Positions 34,044 to 44,860 of a stretch of 64,000 nt of DNA are shown one piece after another. Numbering within the stretch: position 1 is the first letter of the stretch; every line of letters begins with the position of its first letter. A model generated the notes under the pieces. It searched no databases. It was not told the DNA's origin and saw nothing but the letters and a program-made list of their open reading frames with translations. Position numbers and translations under genes: made by a program. The DNA is from Trypanosoma brucei (Eukaryota): NCBI GenBank assembly GCA_000002445.1, contig CM000207.1, positions 2,656,001 to 2,720,000 on the forward strand, given 5' to 3'.

Positions 34044-37000
34044 GTGGTGCCATGGTCCAGTACCCCGTATCATCGGGGGAAGCCAAGAGCTAGCAGCGTT
34101 CCTTTCATGGGAAACACTGCTGCCTCTTGGCTTTCCCCGATGATACAGCACAGGGATCAGCAGCGTCTTGCTGGGACACCGTTTTTCATTTGTCGGTCCC
34201 TGGGCACGTCAAAGCGTGCCATCAGCAGTATCATCCGCACTAAGATGCTGCTGTCCGGTGATGTGGAAGAGAATCCCGGCCCGTCGTTGCGCGGGATGCA
34301 GTGGAACTGCGCCGGGCTATCTCAAGGAAAGAGATTAGCACTCCACAAAACCCTTGTTGATGAGCGGATCGCCTTTTGTCTGTTGAGCGAGACAAGGATG
34401 ACGCTTGGAGAGGAGGCTTGCTTTACCGTTTCTGGCTACCAACATCACGGAATAGCTCGTAACTGCAAAGGAGGTGGTGTATCAATACTAGTGAGGGAGG
34501 ACTTACTAGTCGAGACCGGTATGGCCGTTGTTGGTCGCATTGAACAAGTGCATGCAACAATTCACCTTGCACGTGGAACGGCGCTGACTGTCACGTCGGC
34601 ATACGTCCCACCAAAACACACCTTCACGGCAACTGACCTAGATACGCTTCTGACAACTGACGGTGCCCAGCTCATCGGTGCAGACGCTAACGCACACGCG
34701 TTGGCATGGGATCGCACGAGCCCACCAAATACCAAGGGTGAAACCCTCACACAGTGGTGCATTGACAACCAGTTTCTGGTCTGCAACACTGGTGAGTGCA
34801 CCAGGTACGCGCGCCACCACGGGGAATCTACCCTTGATGTGACACTGTCAAGGAATTGCACAGTGTACATGTGGACATCGCTGTATTCTCCAGATAGCGA
34901 TCACCATAACATATTTTTCGACGTTATCGTTGGAGACGACACAGATGCACTGAGTTGCACGCGGCCTCGAATGCCCATGTACGTATGGCTAAAAGCTGAC
35001 TGGAGGAATTTCCGTCTCAAGGTTGACGAGCTCTGCAGGAAAATTGGTAGAGAGAAGAACGTCAATACCCTGGAACAGAAATTGAGCTCCGCCATCCGCA
35101 TTGCGACGAAGATGTTCGTCCCCCGTGGCTGCAGAGCAACGCCACCACATTGGACACCAACGCTCACTAAACTCGATGAAGAGATCGCTGGATGCGGACC
35201 CTCCCACCGAAGGGAAATGTTGGTAGCCACGCGTAAGCAGATCCTGGACCGTACCACAAAGAAGAGATGGAGAACGCTATGCTCCAGACTTGCGGTGTCA
35301 GACCGCTGCAGTTGGCACATTGTCAAGAAGGTATATGCGCCACGACCACTAACCACACTGGCGGTACTTGTTGATAACGCGGCCATCACGGACTACCGTC
35401 AAGCTGAGAGGTTCAGTAAACTGTACTCGTCCCGCGCAAGAAGGCAACCCGACTCACACCCACCGGCACCCATAAAGACGATAGCGAGTGAGTTCAGTCC
35501 CATCACGATGGCTGAACTACGGAGATCGATCAAACTGCTTCCGACCGGATCCGCAGCCGGACCTGATTGCTTATACAACGAGGCACTGCAACATCTCGGC
35601 AGAAAAGCGCTGAATGTTGTTCTGAGGCTATTCAATGAGAGCCTACGAGCGGGAGTCGTGCTGCCTGCATGGAAGATTGGTGTTATCATCCCCATCCTGA
35701 AGGCCGGAAAAAAGGCGGAGGACCTCGATTCTTACAGGCCTGTGACGCTCACGAGCTGTCTCTGCAAAGTCATGGAGCGCATAATTGCCGCGAGGCTTAG
35801 AGACACTGTTGAGTCCCAGCTGACGCCGCAGCAATCAGGCTTTCGCCCCGGATGCTCAACGCTCGAACAACTCCTGCACGTCCGCGCTGCCCTCTGCCGT
35901 CCCACGCACCAACATCGTACGGGTGCTGTATTCGTTGACTACGAGAAGGCATTCGATACAGTAGACCACGACAAAATTGCGAGGGAAATGCACAGAATGA
36001 AGGTATCACCCTACATTGTGAAGTGGTGCGTATCATTTCTGAGTAACCGAACTGGCAGAGTGAGATTCAAGGAGAAGCTTTCCAGAAGCAGAACATTTGA
36101 GCGAGGAGTGCCAAAAGGAACTGTCCTTGGCCCAATCATGTTCATTATTGTCATGAACTCGTTGAGCCAACGCCTTGCAGAAGTGCCGTTACTGCAGCAC
36201 GGATTCTTTGCAGACGACCTAACGCTACTTGCGAGGCACACAGAGAGGGATGTCATCAACCACACACTGCAATGCGGCCTCAACGTGGTGTTACAGTGGT
36301 CAAAAGAGTACTTTATGTCTGTCAACGTAGCGAAAACAAAGTGCACACTCTTCGGGTGTACAGAGCGCCATCCCCTTACATTGCAACTGGACGGCGAAAG
36401 AATAGGAGCTGACAGGACACCGAAGCTTCTCGGAGTAACATTCCAGCGTCTGCATGGGATGGCAACACATGCAGCCGAAACGAGACGCAAGATGGACTTC
36501 AGAATACTGCAGATAGCAGCCATCTCAGCTTCTACATGGGGGCCAAGACGACAAGTGCTGAGAGCTTTTTATCTAGCACTCGTACAGGCACACACCATGT
36601 ATGGCATTGAGGTATGGTACTGGGACGCTTCGGAACGAAGTCGCGACCTCCTTGCAGCAGCACAACACAAAGCCAGTCGCATCATAGCTGGCATACCGCA
36701 TGGGACGCGCAAAGAGGACTCTCTGCTGGAAGCAAACCTCCTGCCACTCAAGACGACCACTCTTGTGCGCAGCATGAAATTCATGCTGATGTGTGAGTCA
36801 CGAGGCGGATGTTTGCGGCGCAGTGCTGAAGAAGTATACCACAGCAAACACCCAGTCAGAGCCCTACATTCCCGCATCATGCTGTCGTACCCTCTTCTCC
36901 ACATTGAGCCACGCGAGCACCCACTAGAGACATCGACGCTCCGCCACAGCTGCCGACCGCTATTTCACACGCAGATAAAGCCTGTGTGCGCTGATGACCC

Positions 37001-37382
37001 TGACGATGTCAAAAGGGAGGCTTCCGAAAAGTGGATTGAACGGCATTTTGCACGGAGGGGGAAGGAGCCACCGCGACGAGAGCACTACGAATTGTGGACT
37101 GATGGATCCGTGTCCCTCTGTGAGAAGTCCGGAGCAGTTGCTCTGCTCTATAAAAACAATACGCTTATTTGTGCACCCAAAACCGGAGCAGGGGAAATCT
37201 CATGCAGTTACAGAGCGGAATGCGTAGCATTAGAGATAGAACTGCAACGGCTGCTGAAATGGCTTCCGGCATACAGAAGCACACCGAGCAGGTTGTCCAT
37301 CTTCTCTGACTCGCTGTCAATGTTAACAGCACTGCAGACAGGCCCCCTAGCCGTAACGGACCCAATTCTAAGACGACTATGA
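34044..37382 (+). CDS. ingi ORF part 1 (endonuclease, RT, RNase H-like); terminated by TGA where the other copy has TGG (Trp)
   Basis: 1112-aa ORF. ...LAVTDPILRRL* here vs ...LAVTDPILRRLWRLLLQVQRRK in ORF 1878..4103. Confidence 0.85.
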   Translation: MVPWSSTPYHRGKPRASSVPFMGNTAASWLSPMIQHRDQQRLAGTPFFICRSLGTSKRAISSIIRTKMLLSGDVEENPGPSLRGMQWNCAGLSQGKRLALHKTLVDERIAFCLLSETRMTLGEEACFTVSGYQHHGIARNCKGGGVSILVREDLLVETGMAVVGRIEQVHATIHLARGTALTVTSAYVPPKHTFTATDLDTLLTTDGAQLIGADANAHALAWDRTSPPNTKGETLTQWCIDNQFLVCNTGECTRYARHHGESTLDVTLSRNCTVYMWTSLYSPDSDHHNIFFDVIVGDDTDALSCTRPRMPMYVWLKADWRNFRLKVDELCRKIGREKNVNTLEQKLSSAIRIATKMFVPRGCRATPPHWTPTLTKLDEEIAGCGPSHRREMLVATRKQILDRTTKKRWRTLCSRLAVSDRCSWHIVKKVYAPRPLTTLAVLVDNAAITDYRQAERFSKLYSSRARRQPDSHPPAPIKTIASEFSPITMAELRRSIKLLPTGSAAGPDCLYNEALQHLGRKALNVVLRLFNESLRAGVVLPAWKIGVIIPILKAGKKAEDLDSYRPVTLTSCLCKVMERIIAARLRDTVESQLTPQQSGFRPGCSTLEQLLHVRAALCRPTHQHRTGAVFVDYEKAFDTVDHDKIAREMHRMKVSPYIVKWCVSFLSNRTGRVRFKEKLSRSRTFERGVPKGTVLGPIMFIIVMNSLSQRLAEVPLLQHGFFADDLTLLARHTERDVINHTLQCGLNVVLQWSKEYFMSVNVAKTKCTLFGCTERHPLTLQLDGERIGADRTPKLLGVTFQRLHGMATHAAETRRKMDFRILQIAAISASTWGPRRQVLRAFYLALVQAHTMYGIEVWYWDASERSRDLLAAAQHKASRIIAGIPHGTRKEDSLLEANLLPLKTTTLVRSMKFMLMCESRGGCLRRSAEEVYHSKHPVRALHSRIMLSYPLLHIEPREHPLETSTLRHSCRPLFHTQIKPVCADDPDDVKREASEKWIERHFARRGKEPPRREHYELWTDGSVSLCEKSGAVALLYKNNTLICAPKTGAGEISCSYRAECVALEIELQRLLKWLPAYRSTPSRLSIFSDSLSMLTALQTGPLAVTDPILRRL
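34258..34284 (+). other. 2A-like 'self-cleaving' peptide motif GDVEENPGP near the N-terminus of the ingi polyprotein
   Basis: GGTGATGTGGAAGAGAATCCCGGCCCG translates to GDVEENPGP, matching the D(V/I)ExNPGP 2A consensus. The same motif is in the first ingi (~6171-6198, minus strand). Confidence 0.8.
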
Positions 37383-37412
37383 AGGCTTCTGCTTCAAGTT
37401 CAGAGAAGGAAG

Positions 37413-38741
37413 GTGCGTATCAGACTGCAATTTGTGTTTGGCCATTGTGGCGTGAAACGGAATGAGTTTTGTAATGAAATGGCCAAAAAGGCCGCTGATT
37501 TACCACAGTTGCGAGACACATGGATCCCCGACATCATTGCTTATGCGAAGCGAGTGCTTAGGTCGGAAGAAGTCCATGAGAACACTCATAGGTTTGGTAT
37601 CACGGGCAACCACTTTCCAACAAAACATAAGGAAGAACTGACGAGGGAAGAAGAAACGGCACTGGCACGCTTTCGGGTTGGGTCTTCAAGACACTATGGA
37701 TGGATGTTGCGAAAGATCAACCCGAGTGTGCCTCCACAGTGCCGATGGTATAACCCGCAACATGCAGCGATAGGACCAACAATACAAACAGCCCCAACTG
37801 TTGCGACACGCACTCTTCAGAGAACCTCCGAACCGACCAAATGTACGGAATGTGATGCCACATACCAATGCCGCTCGAGTACTGTAACGCACATGGTAAA
37901 CAAACATGGCTTTGTGCGAGCTGATGCCCACCGGAGGATCAAATACGGCGATGCAACACCCGCAGTGGATATCCCCCCGGAGCCCCCTCCAGTGGTGGCG
38001 ATCGTTCCTTTACTATCGAGCACACGAGTCCTGATGAGACCGCAGGTGCTTCATTGTACCATCTGTGCCTCCAAATTCGCAGTACCAGGCCGACTACTAC
38101 ACCACCTTAGAACAATACATGGCATAGGTAGCGGTAGTTGCCGCGTGAAAAGGGGGCGAGAGAACGAGGACTCAGTGCAAGGAGATGGTAGAGCCCCAGC
38201 AGCGCCAGTCTCTCAGGATACACGGAAGCTGCCGTTTCAATGTGACCTGTGCGAGACGAGCTTCGGTACACGCTCTTCCCGGTCACTACACAAGAAATTC
38301 AAACATAAGAGCATAGTGACGGAGGACGGTACCGTGGTGGTGGTGCAATTCCCTCGTAAGCGTGCCCGTGAAGGAAACGTTGACGTCCCGGGGAAAGGCG
38401 AGGTGCAGTGTGGTGTGTGCCAAAAAGTGCTCAGTTGCAGGGATTCTCTCATCCGACACTGTAAGGCTTTCCACAAAGGTGAGGGAGTCGAGGTTAAATG
38501 CAGCAAAAGCACAAAATTGTGTGCCACTGATTCCCCGCATACAAATGCATCCATGTTGGTGTGCCTGACATGCGGAAGGCAGTGTGCTAGCAAAACTGGC
38601 CTCACCCTACATCAAAAGAAGATGCACGGTATGAAGGTAGAGCGCGCTGTTACCAGCCAACGCGGCGACTGCGAAGAAACGGCGCTGCACCTGATGAGCT
38701 GTCCCGGTTTGAAGGAATTACGTGTCAGGTTAGCTGTATAA
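37413..38741 (+). CDS. ingi ORF part 2 (C-terminal region with four C2H2 zinc fingers), in frame with part 1
   Basis: 442-aa ORF. Motifs seen: HCTICASKFAVPGRLLHHLRTIHG, CDLCETSFGTRSSRSLHKKFKH, CGVCQKVLSCRDSLIRHCKAFH, CLTCGRQCASKTGLTLHQKKMHG. Confidence 0.85.
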   Translation: MRIRLQFVFGHCGVKRNEFCNEMAKKAADLPQLRDTWIPDIIAYAKRVLRSEEVHENTHRFGITGNHFPTKHKEELTREEETALARFRVGSSRHYGWMLRKINPSVPPQCRWYNPQHAAIGPTIQTAPTVATRTLQRTSEPTKCTECDATYQCRSSTVTHMVNKHGFVRADAHRRIKYGDATPAVDIPPEPPPVVAIVPLLSSTRVLMRPQVLHCTICASKFAVPGRLLHHLRTIHGIGSGSCRVKRGRENEDSVQGDGRAPAAPVSQDTRKLPFQCDLCETSFGTRSSRSLHKKFKHKSIVTEDGTVVVVQFPRKRAREGNVDVPGKGEVQCGVCQKVLSCRDSLIRHCKAFHKGEGVEVKCSKSTKLCATDSPHTNASMLVCLTCGRQCASKTGLTLHQKKMHGMKVERAVTSQRGDCEETALHLMSCPGLKELRVRLAV

Positions 38742-41099
38742 GGTGAGTGTGTGCAGGATGTATGATTCTCTAAAAGGCTGGCGCAATTTCTCATTGCGGT
38801 TGAACGAAGCCGGCCGCATGTGAAGTCCTCCCCTAATGTAACAGTTATACAACCCACTTTCCTTTCTGCAACTTTCCCCCTTATTGCCGAGTGTGGAGCT
38901 AGCAGGAAAAGCACCGGACGCAGGAATAGTCCAGACACCCTCAGAGACAGAGGAGGTATGCAGTCAACAAGCAACAGGAACAGAAAGAGGGGGAGAGAAT
39001 AATAAACGAATAACAAAAATCAACACAAAAGGGTTGCTAATTGACATCTTTGGGAGAGTCCGGGTTGGGTGGCTTCTCGCCCCATCTGCTGTATTCCGTT
39101 CAACTGCGGAGCTACAACAAAAATTATAGAGAGTGTGTTAGGCTGAATAAAAAAGGGAGACTCTGCCACAGTCGCCAGACCGATAGCATCTCAGGGCTCT
39201 ACGGTGATGGCTGATGGTCGCGCCAGTGGGGGGAAACTCCCACGAAGGCACGAAGAAAATTTAAAAAAAAAATTCCTGCTCCAACCCCTGGTCTAGGACT
39301 TTTGCAGTCTTACAGATCGCTGCGAATGTCGCTGGCTCGAAAGGTTTGCCTGAGGCCTCTCCACATTTGGTTACAGCTCCGCATGGGATTGCTACTGTTG
39401 CAAAAAGTCCCTGCAGCGTTGTGCTTGCAATTGCCATGAAATCCTGGTCTTGTGTATTGTTGTAATGGAAATAGCGAGTGGGATGCGCAGGTGAGCTACT
39501 TGGCTAGGCTTGGTGTGATTTTTCCTTTAGAACCTGGGACAGGGGTGTGGTATTGGTTTCTAGCTTATCGCCGCTTGCAGCAGCTATTGTCCAGGTTACA
39601 CGGTTTATATCGGCGCTGAAGTTGTGACTGCACGCAATAACCGTATCTGTAGTCAGCTGTGAATCTGGTATGTTAATTGGGTGTCTAATAATAACCGTGC
39701 AAAACGTTGTTTTGATGCTTGACAAGTCTGTGATTTGTATTCGACGACAGTTCGTGTGCCGAGAGCGGTGGTTGGCACCGGCAATGATGTGAATTTTCCG
39801 GCGTTTACTTGCGCGCCGAGGACTGGTCCGCCAGCCCTCACCTACAACTGTGTATCCATGAATAACACGGGTAGTGCTGCCGCCAGAGGGTTAATGTGCG
39901 TTTAAATTAGTGATCACCCAGTTGTTACTAACAGAATGCATTCTTTACACATTTTTCCTGTGCCAGAAAGAGGTGACAGTGCTTTTTGCGCAAGAGCTTT
40001 GGACTGAGAATTTTAAGCTGCCGTTAGTTTTAGGGTTTGAATAGTTGAGCCATGTAATTTGCTTTCGGTTCCGACTTTCTTGATGTGGTAGAGACGCACT
40101 GAATCCCCTGGCTGAAACGTGTATTTGCAAATCGCTATGCATTTCGCCGCTACCTATAGGGTTTTGACATGTGGTAGCACAAGTTAAGTCGCCAGGGCTG
40201 CACTTTCTTAAAGGAAAAATTGTGCTGCCATTTGCTTTTTACCTAAGTAAATGAGTTTTGTTGATCAGCTATGAGTGTTTATGCTTGTATGCGCTACCGG
40301 TTGTGAAGGTCACGAGGTATAATTGTGTTTTGCGGGATTTATAATCTATCCATACACCAATGTATCAAAACATTTGGTTCTACCGCTTTCAGATAAATGT
40401 GTTAAGTTCATAAATCTTCTAAACCTCTCTATATAGAAATTTTCAATATTTATGGGTGTTTGTAGGTTTTTTATACTTTTATTTTATTTTTACAGCTTCT
40501 TTAATAACAAAGTGACGGTGAAGTTTTTATTGGAAACTATTGTTCTCCTGCTCGTGGTTCGAACTATTCCCTCCTTCACGCCAACACAAATTTAGATTTG
40601 GAAAATTGTATCCTTAAAGTGCTTTTCGTGTTGCTTTTGTTTTATTAATACAATCTGTTAGTATTGCATTAGTCACAACATTTATGTTAAATATTTGTTA
40701 CGCGAGATCTCTTAATGTCTGTTCAGTATAACAATACGGTATTGGTCTAGTGTCACAAGTAATTCTCTCTACTTAACAGTGATCCTCCGTGGTTTCATAT
40801 ACGTGGCTTCTCATTTTATTCACGGTGCTCCGTAGTAAAGCTTTAGTCAACAGCGTCTGCTTTCGCTATAACTGTGTACAACGCTGTAGCTACACTTGGT
40901 CCGTCCGTTCCTCTGCGAGTATTAATGATCTCAAACTCCAAATTCTTTTGTATGATGCTTTTTTGTTCATTTCTCCTTTTCCATAAATAATTTTTCTCAT
41001 GATAGCAGTCTTTTACTGACTCACTATCCCACTCACTCACTTAATTTGATTGTACCACTGCCACTGTTTTAAGTCTTTTTATTTTTCTATGCATTTATT

Positions 41100-41215
41100 A
41101 TGCACTAACATAATAATAATTATATTATCATATGCAGCCTTCTTTAATATCATTAATATTATAATTATTAGTATTGCTACTATTATAAACACAACTAATA
41201 TCCATTTAAAAACAA
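41100..41215 (-). repeat. Weak, degenerate 70-bp-repeat-like AT-rich tract (inverted)
   Basis: TAATAATTATATTATCATATGCAGCC...ATTATAATTATTAGTATTGCTACTATTATAAACACAAC: triplet-rich but lacks a clear GT-rich block. Confidence 0.3.
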
Positions 41216-41479
41216 AATATAATAATTTGTAATATCACGCTTTTTTCATATTCTGTCACCATATTACTCTGTACATATAAAACACTGTCACATTCATTCA
41301 CTAAAATTTGCACATTTTTATTAAAAAGTGTTTAAACATATCGAACGTTATCAAATTCTTAGAAAAATATATAATTTTCACAAAAAAGCAAAGTCTTCAT
41401 AAATTTCATAAAATTTAGAAAAAATCCTTATAATTTTAATAATCCTTATAATGCTAATAAGCTAATAAACTTACGGAAG

Positions 41480-42999
41480 CAGCATCAATCAGAGCCAATT
41501 TATTATTGAAAAGAATGCTGGAATTCTTGCAAGCATTATTTTCCCATTTGCAACCATCTTTACACTCATCTTGCTTTTTTTATCGGAGCACTTTTTGTCC
41601 TCTTTTGGTGTCTCTCCTGTTCCTGTTGATGTGTTTTTCGATCCTGTTTTAGGTTTGTACACATTATTTTCAGCATCACGATCGCATCCAAGTTTTCTGC
41701 ATTCGTCTTCTGTTTTGGCAGTGTGTTTTTCGTATTATTTTTGTGCTTCTAGTTTCTTCTTCCGCATTAAGATTTAGCGTCCTCTACTTTTTGTACTTCC
41801 TCTACGGATGTTTTGCTTCTTGAAGTTTGAATAAGATCATTGAGGCGGTTGCGATCAGTGACGTCTTTTAGTTCCTGGGTCTTCCCGCAGCTAGGATCTT
41901 CTTTTTTTGGGACTTGCGTTGATTTTACACTGTTCCAGATCAAGTTATCAAATTCTTCTTCTGAGCTCCCGTACATTTCCTTGACTTTCTGTGCTATGGA
42001 AGTTGCTTCTACTGGTGAAATTTTAGTCGCTGTTAGTTTCTTGTATATTAACCTGTAGACGTCCAGTTGTAATTCTGCGTCGCTGTGCGACTGCCATGGA
42101 TCGCAGTTGGTGTCGCTGATGCCTGTTTGCGTTAAGGCTGTAGCTATTTCGGCGTCGGCGTGGGCTATTTGTTCGGCCATTTGTTTCGTCGCAGTTGCCC
42201 ACTGTTTGGATGTTTTACCTGCTGGTTTGCCAACCGTCTTGTCTGTTGCCGAAGTTGCTGATGTGAACAACTTCCCCCCTTTCACTGCTAGCTGAGCGGC
42301 GTCAGAGCTGCCTTCGCCACAGGACGCACCCGCCGCACAACACATTGCCGCTGTCGAGGTGTGGTCGCTCGCTGCTGCTGGGTCTTGTTCTATTGTTTTC
42401 AGGTCTAACTTCCACTCCGTTCTCGCTGCAGCGGCTTTGGCCGGTGGCTGTGCTTGTTTGATGTATTCCGAAAGCGGACAGTACTTTGTTGGTATCTCTG
42501 TCTTGCCGGCCGCCGGCTTTATCTTTATAAATTTGTTGGCGGCGCTGATCGTTTTGCCGACGTCCGTGTCTATCTGCATCACTGCCATGGCCTCAAGCGC
42601 TGCAGCTGCGGCTGTCCCTTGTTCTAGGTCAATTATGACGTTGCTTGTGCGATCGCGAAACTGTTTCTTTGTTTCTTCTAATCTTAGTGAACATCGTTCG
42701 TAAAGGTTGACAATCGGTACTAACCGCCCTTTAAACCCCGCATCACTTGCTGATATCATCGCCAGTGGTGCCTGTAGTGAACGAATTTCCACCTGGGTGC
42801 TAGTATCTGCAACCGCTTGCAGCTGTTTTATCGCTTCGCCTGCGTATATAGCGTGTTCCGTGTCGTCCGTGCAATTAGGCGTGCCCTGTGCAATACTGGC
42901 TGGTAGGCGTAGACCGGCCGAAGTGAGGAAAAAAACTAGCCAAATTGACATCTGTAGCCAGTTTGCGTCTTTGTGCCTTTTTTGGTGGTCTCCCGGCAC
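41480..42999 (-). pseudogene. VSG pseudogene: N-terminal domain intact in one 410-aa ORF; C-terminal domain frameshifted or stopped
   Basis: ORF 41767..42999 (signal MSIWLVFFLTSAGL..., ends ...EEVQKVEDAKS*). Reverse-strand frames over 41500-41767 give ...DECKDGCKWENNACKNSSILFNNKLALIDAASVSLLA. Minus-strand 3'UTR at 41300-41480 with a degenerate 16-mer. Confidence 0.8.
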
Positions 43000-44049
43000 G
43001 CGGCTTTAAGCCAATATGCTGTCTATAACGTCTGTTTCTACGATATTGCGGCGTGCTATGGTGTTAGTTTTCCAGTTTGTTAGCTATCCTGGTTTGTAGC
43101 TCTCTGAATACACGCAAAGGAATTGAAAGCAAAGGCACTCTCCATTTTAAGGGCTGCCATTGCTTCAAGTATGCAAAAGAGTGGTATACAGCCTATTGTG
43201 TGGTCCTTCTTCATTCTTGGCTTTTGCTTGCTCCCCCTTTGTTGCTGCCATTGGCACTGTTGCCTTATGAAAAAGTTTGTGGATACTTGCATGCATTTAC
43301 TCTTCCGCAGCCACTGCCTCCCGCCGCTGCTTTCTCATCGCTTGTGATAGAGCTTTGACTCAGCTGGCTTGCCGCTCCTTGCCAGTCGCTGAGACAATGG
43401 GGTATCATATGCTCTTCTCATTGACATTTTAACTTATCTCGCTTTTGTACAAACCCATCTCTACCCCTTATGTACCAAATCTCCCTACCCTCCCAACTGA
43501 GACACCTTACAAAATAACTCATATTTGTTGGTCGGATGTTCTGATCCATACCTTGGATCTTAACAAGCGGCTCCGCTATAAGATTGAAAAACACAGGTCT
43601 CACAATCTATGCAGCAGAATCTATCTTTTTTTAAGTGAGATGCAATACATTATCGGTGCGTCCTGTGTAATTTTTTTCTTTACTATGTTCTCGCACATCT
43701 TGTCGTCTCAGTCTGTATTAACTCTCCTCTTTTTAGTATAATGTCGCTGGTCCTGTATCCTGTAGATGATGTAGCGACAAAGTCTTTCTCATACAAAGGT
43801 TCTTCTTGTGAATTCTTATTCCCTTCAATATATCCGTCTGTATGATGATCCATATTCGCATATTTTCGTTTACAACAGCGTGTGTTCCTCCCCTTTCCCG
43901 CTCTCTAGTTTTCATTCTGCATTTTTTAATGTTAATATTCTTGGTCGTCCTTTGCACTATTCTCACACATAAACTCCATTTTTTCCCTTACAATGATTTC
44001 AAGTGCATCTATTTTGACTGTGCATTTAGTGTTCAACACCACCCATATT

Positions 44050-44105
44050 GTATTATTAGTATACACACACTCACGACACATTCCTGCCATTATTATCATT
44101 CATAA
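44050..44105 (-). repeat. 70-bp repeat (inverted orientation; upstream of the minus-strand VSG 41480-42999)
   Basis: Reverse complement reads TGATAATAATGGCAGGAATGTGTCGTGAGTGTGTGTATACTAATAATA. Confidence 0.7.
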
Positions 44106-44239
44106 AATAAACAAAATAGGAGACCGTTTATGATAGCAGTATCTTTTTAACCATATCACCTCGCTACATTACACCCAAAGTCCACCTTTTAACAAATTTT
44201 CGTGTATTCAACTTCTATTAAACATTTTGCATACTTTCA

Positions 44240-44400
44240 TCAAAACGTGTTAAAATATATCAAATTTAAGCTGAATTTTATGAAATTTATGAATTATTCA
44301 TTTTGAGAGAAATTTCTAAAAGTGAGCAAAAATCCTAAATATTTTTTTCCTCAAATCAAAAATGCAAGCAAAAGAGGGTCCTTTATCACAAAAGAATTTT
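44240..44400 (-). pseudogene. VSG 3'-end fragment (minus strand): tail of the C-terminal domain plus 3'UTR with an exact 16-mer
   Basis: Reverse complement of 44247-44262 is TGATATATTTTAACAC. ATGCAAGCAAAAGAGGGTCC at ~44360 is the reverse complement of a ...DPLLLAF GPI-tail coding sequence. Confidence 0.6.
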
Positions 44401-44860
44401 CCATGTGGTGTTTGTGTGGTTTTTCTATCATTTTTACTCGTTCCCGCTTATTTTTCTACTTCCTTCTTGATTTCCTCACTCAATCTGAGCATTTTACCCT
44501 AGACGGATTTTGGGTTAAAAACGTACCCCTGGGAGTTGAGCGTCTTTGTTCGTTGGGTGTCAGCGGCAGATTGTGTAGTCGCTCCTTAATTTCTGATCTT
44601 TATAATCGCCATTTCACAAATAGTTTCCCCTTTCTTTATTTACTTTTTGAAAACAAATCGTTTGGCTCACCGAAACTGCAGCGCGCCAGCGTAAAAAAAT
44701 GTCGCGTGCAGTGTCATAGGCCGCGGTCCATATTTTTTTAAAATTGATACCGCGCGCAGCACGAAATGCAGAGCTGAAATCCACAGAAGCAAAAAAAGTT
44801 AAAACTACGGGCTAAGGTGCAGGTGAAAAAATTAAGTGGAGTTGGACGTGGGGGGCAAAT

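Larger units (their letters stand above)
34021..39272 (+). mobile_element. ingi non-LTR retrotransposon, full length (5252 bp). One ORF interrupted only by a single in-frame TGA (37380-37382). A10 tail at 39263-39272. No clear target-site duplication.
   Basis: ORFs 34044..37382 and 37413..38741 are in the same frame (both coordinates are 0 mod 3). Endonuclease, 2A-like, RT, RNase H-like and 4 C2H2 zinc-finger motifs as in the first ingi. The 3' ~530 bp matches 1194-1725 (reverse complement) and 6600-7126. Confidence 0.92.

Noticed and set aside
34562-36904. Numerous 60-170-aa ORFs antisense to the ingi ORFs (e.g. 34901..35389, 36011..36523, and the mirror set at 4106..5893)
   Set aside because: These are antisense frames of a long GC-balanced retroelement ORF, duplicated because there are two ingi copies. 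No independent evidence of coding.
34009-39284. Target-site duplication for the plus-strand ingi
   Set aside because: The 12 nt before the element (AGTAAGAATGCC) and after the poly-A (TTCCTGCTCCAA) do not match. No target-site duplication can be supported, possibly because of post-insertion recombination, so none is annotated.
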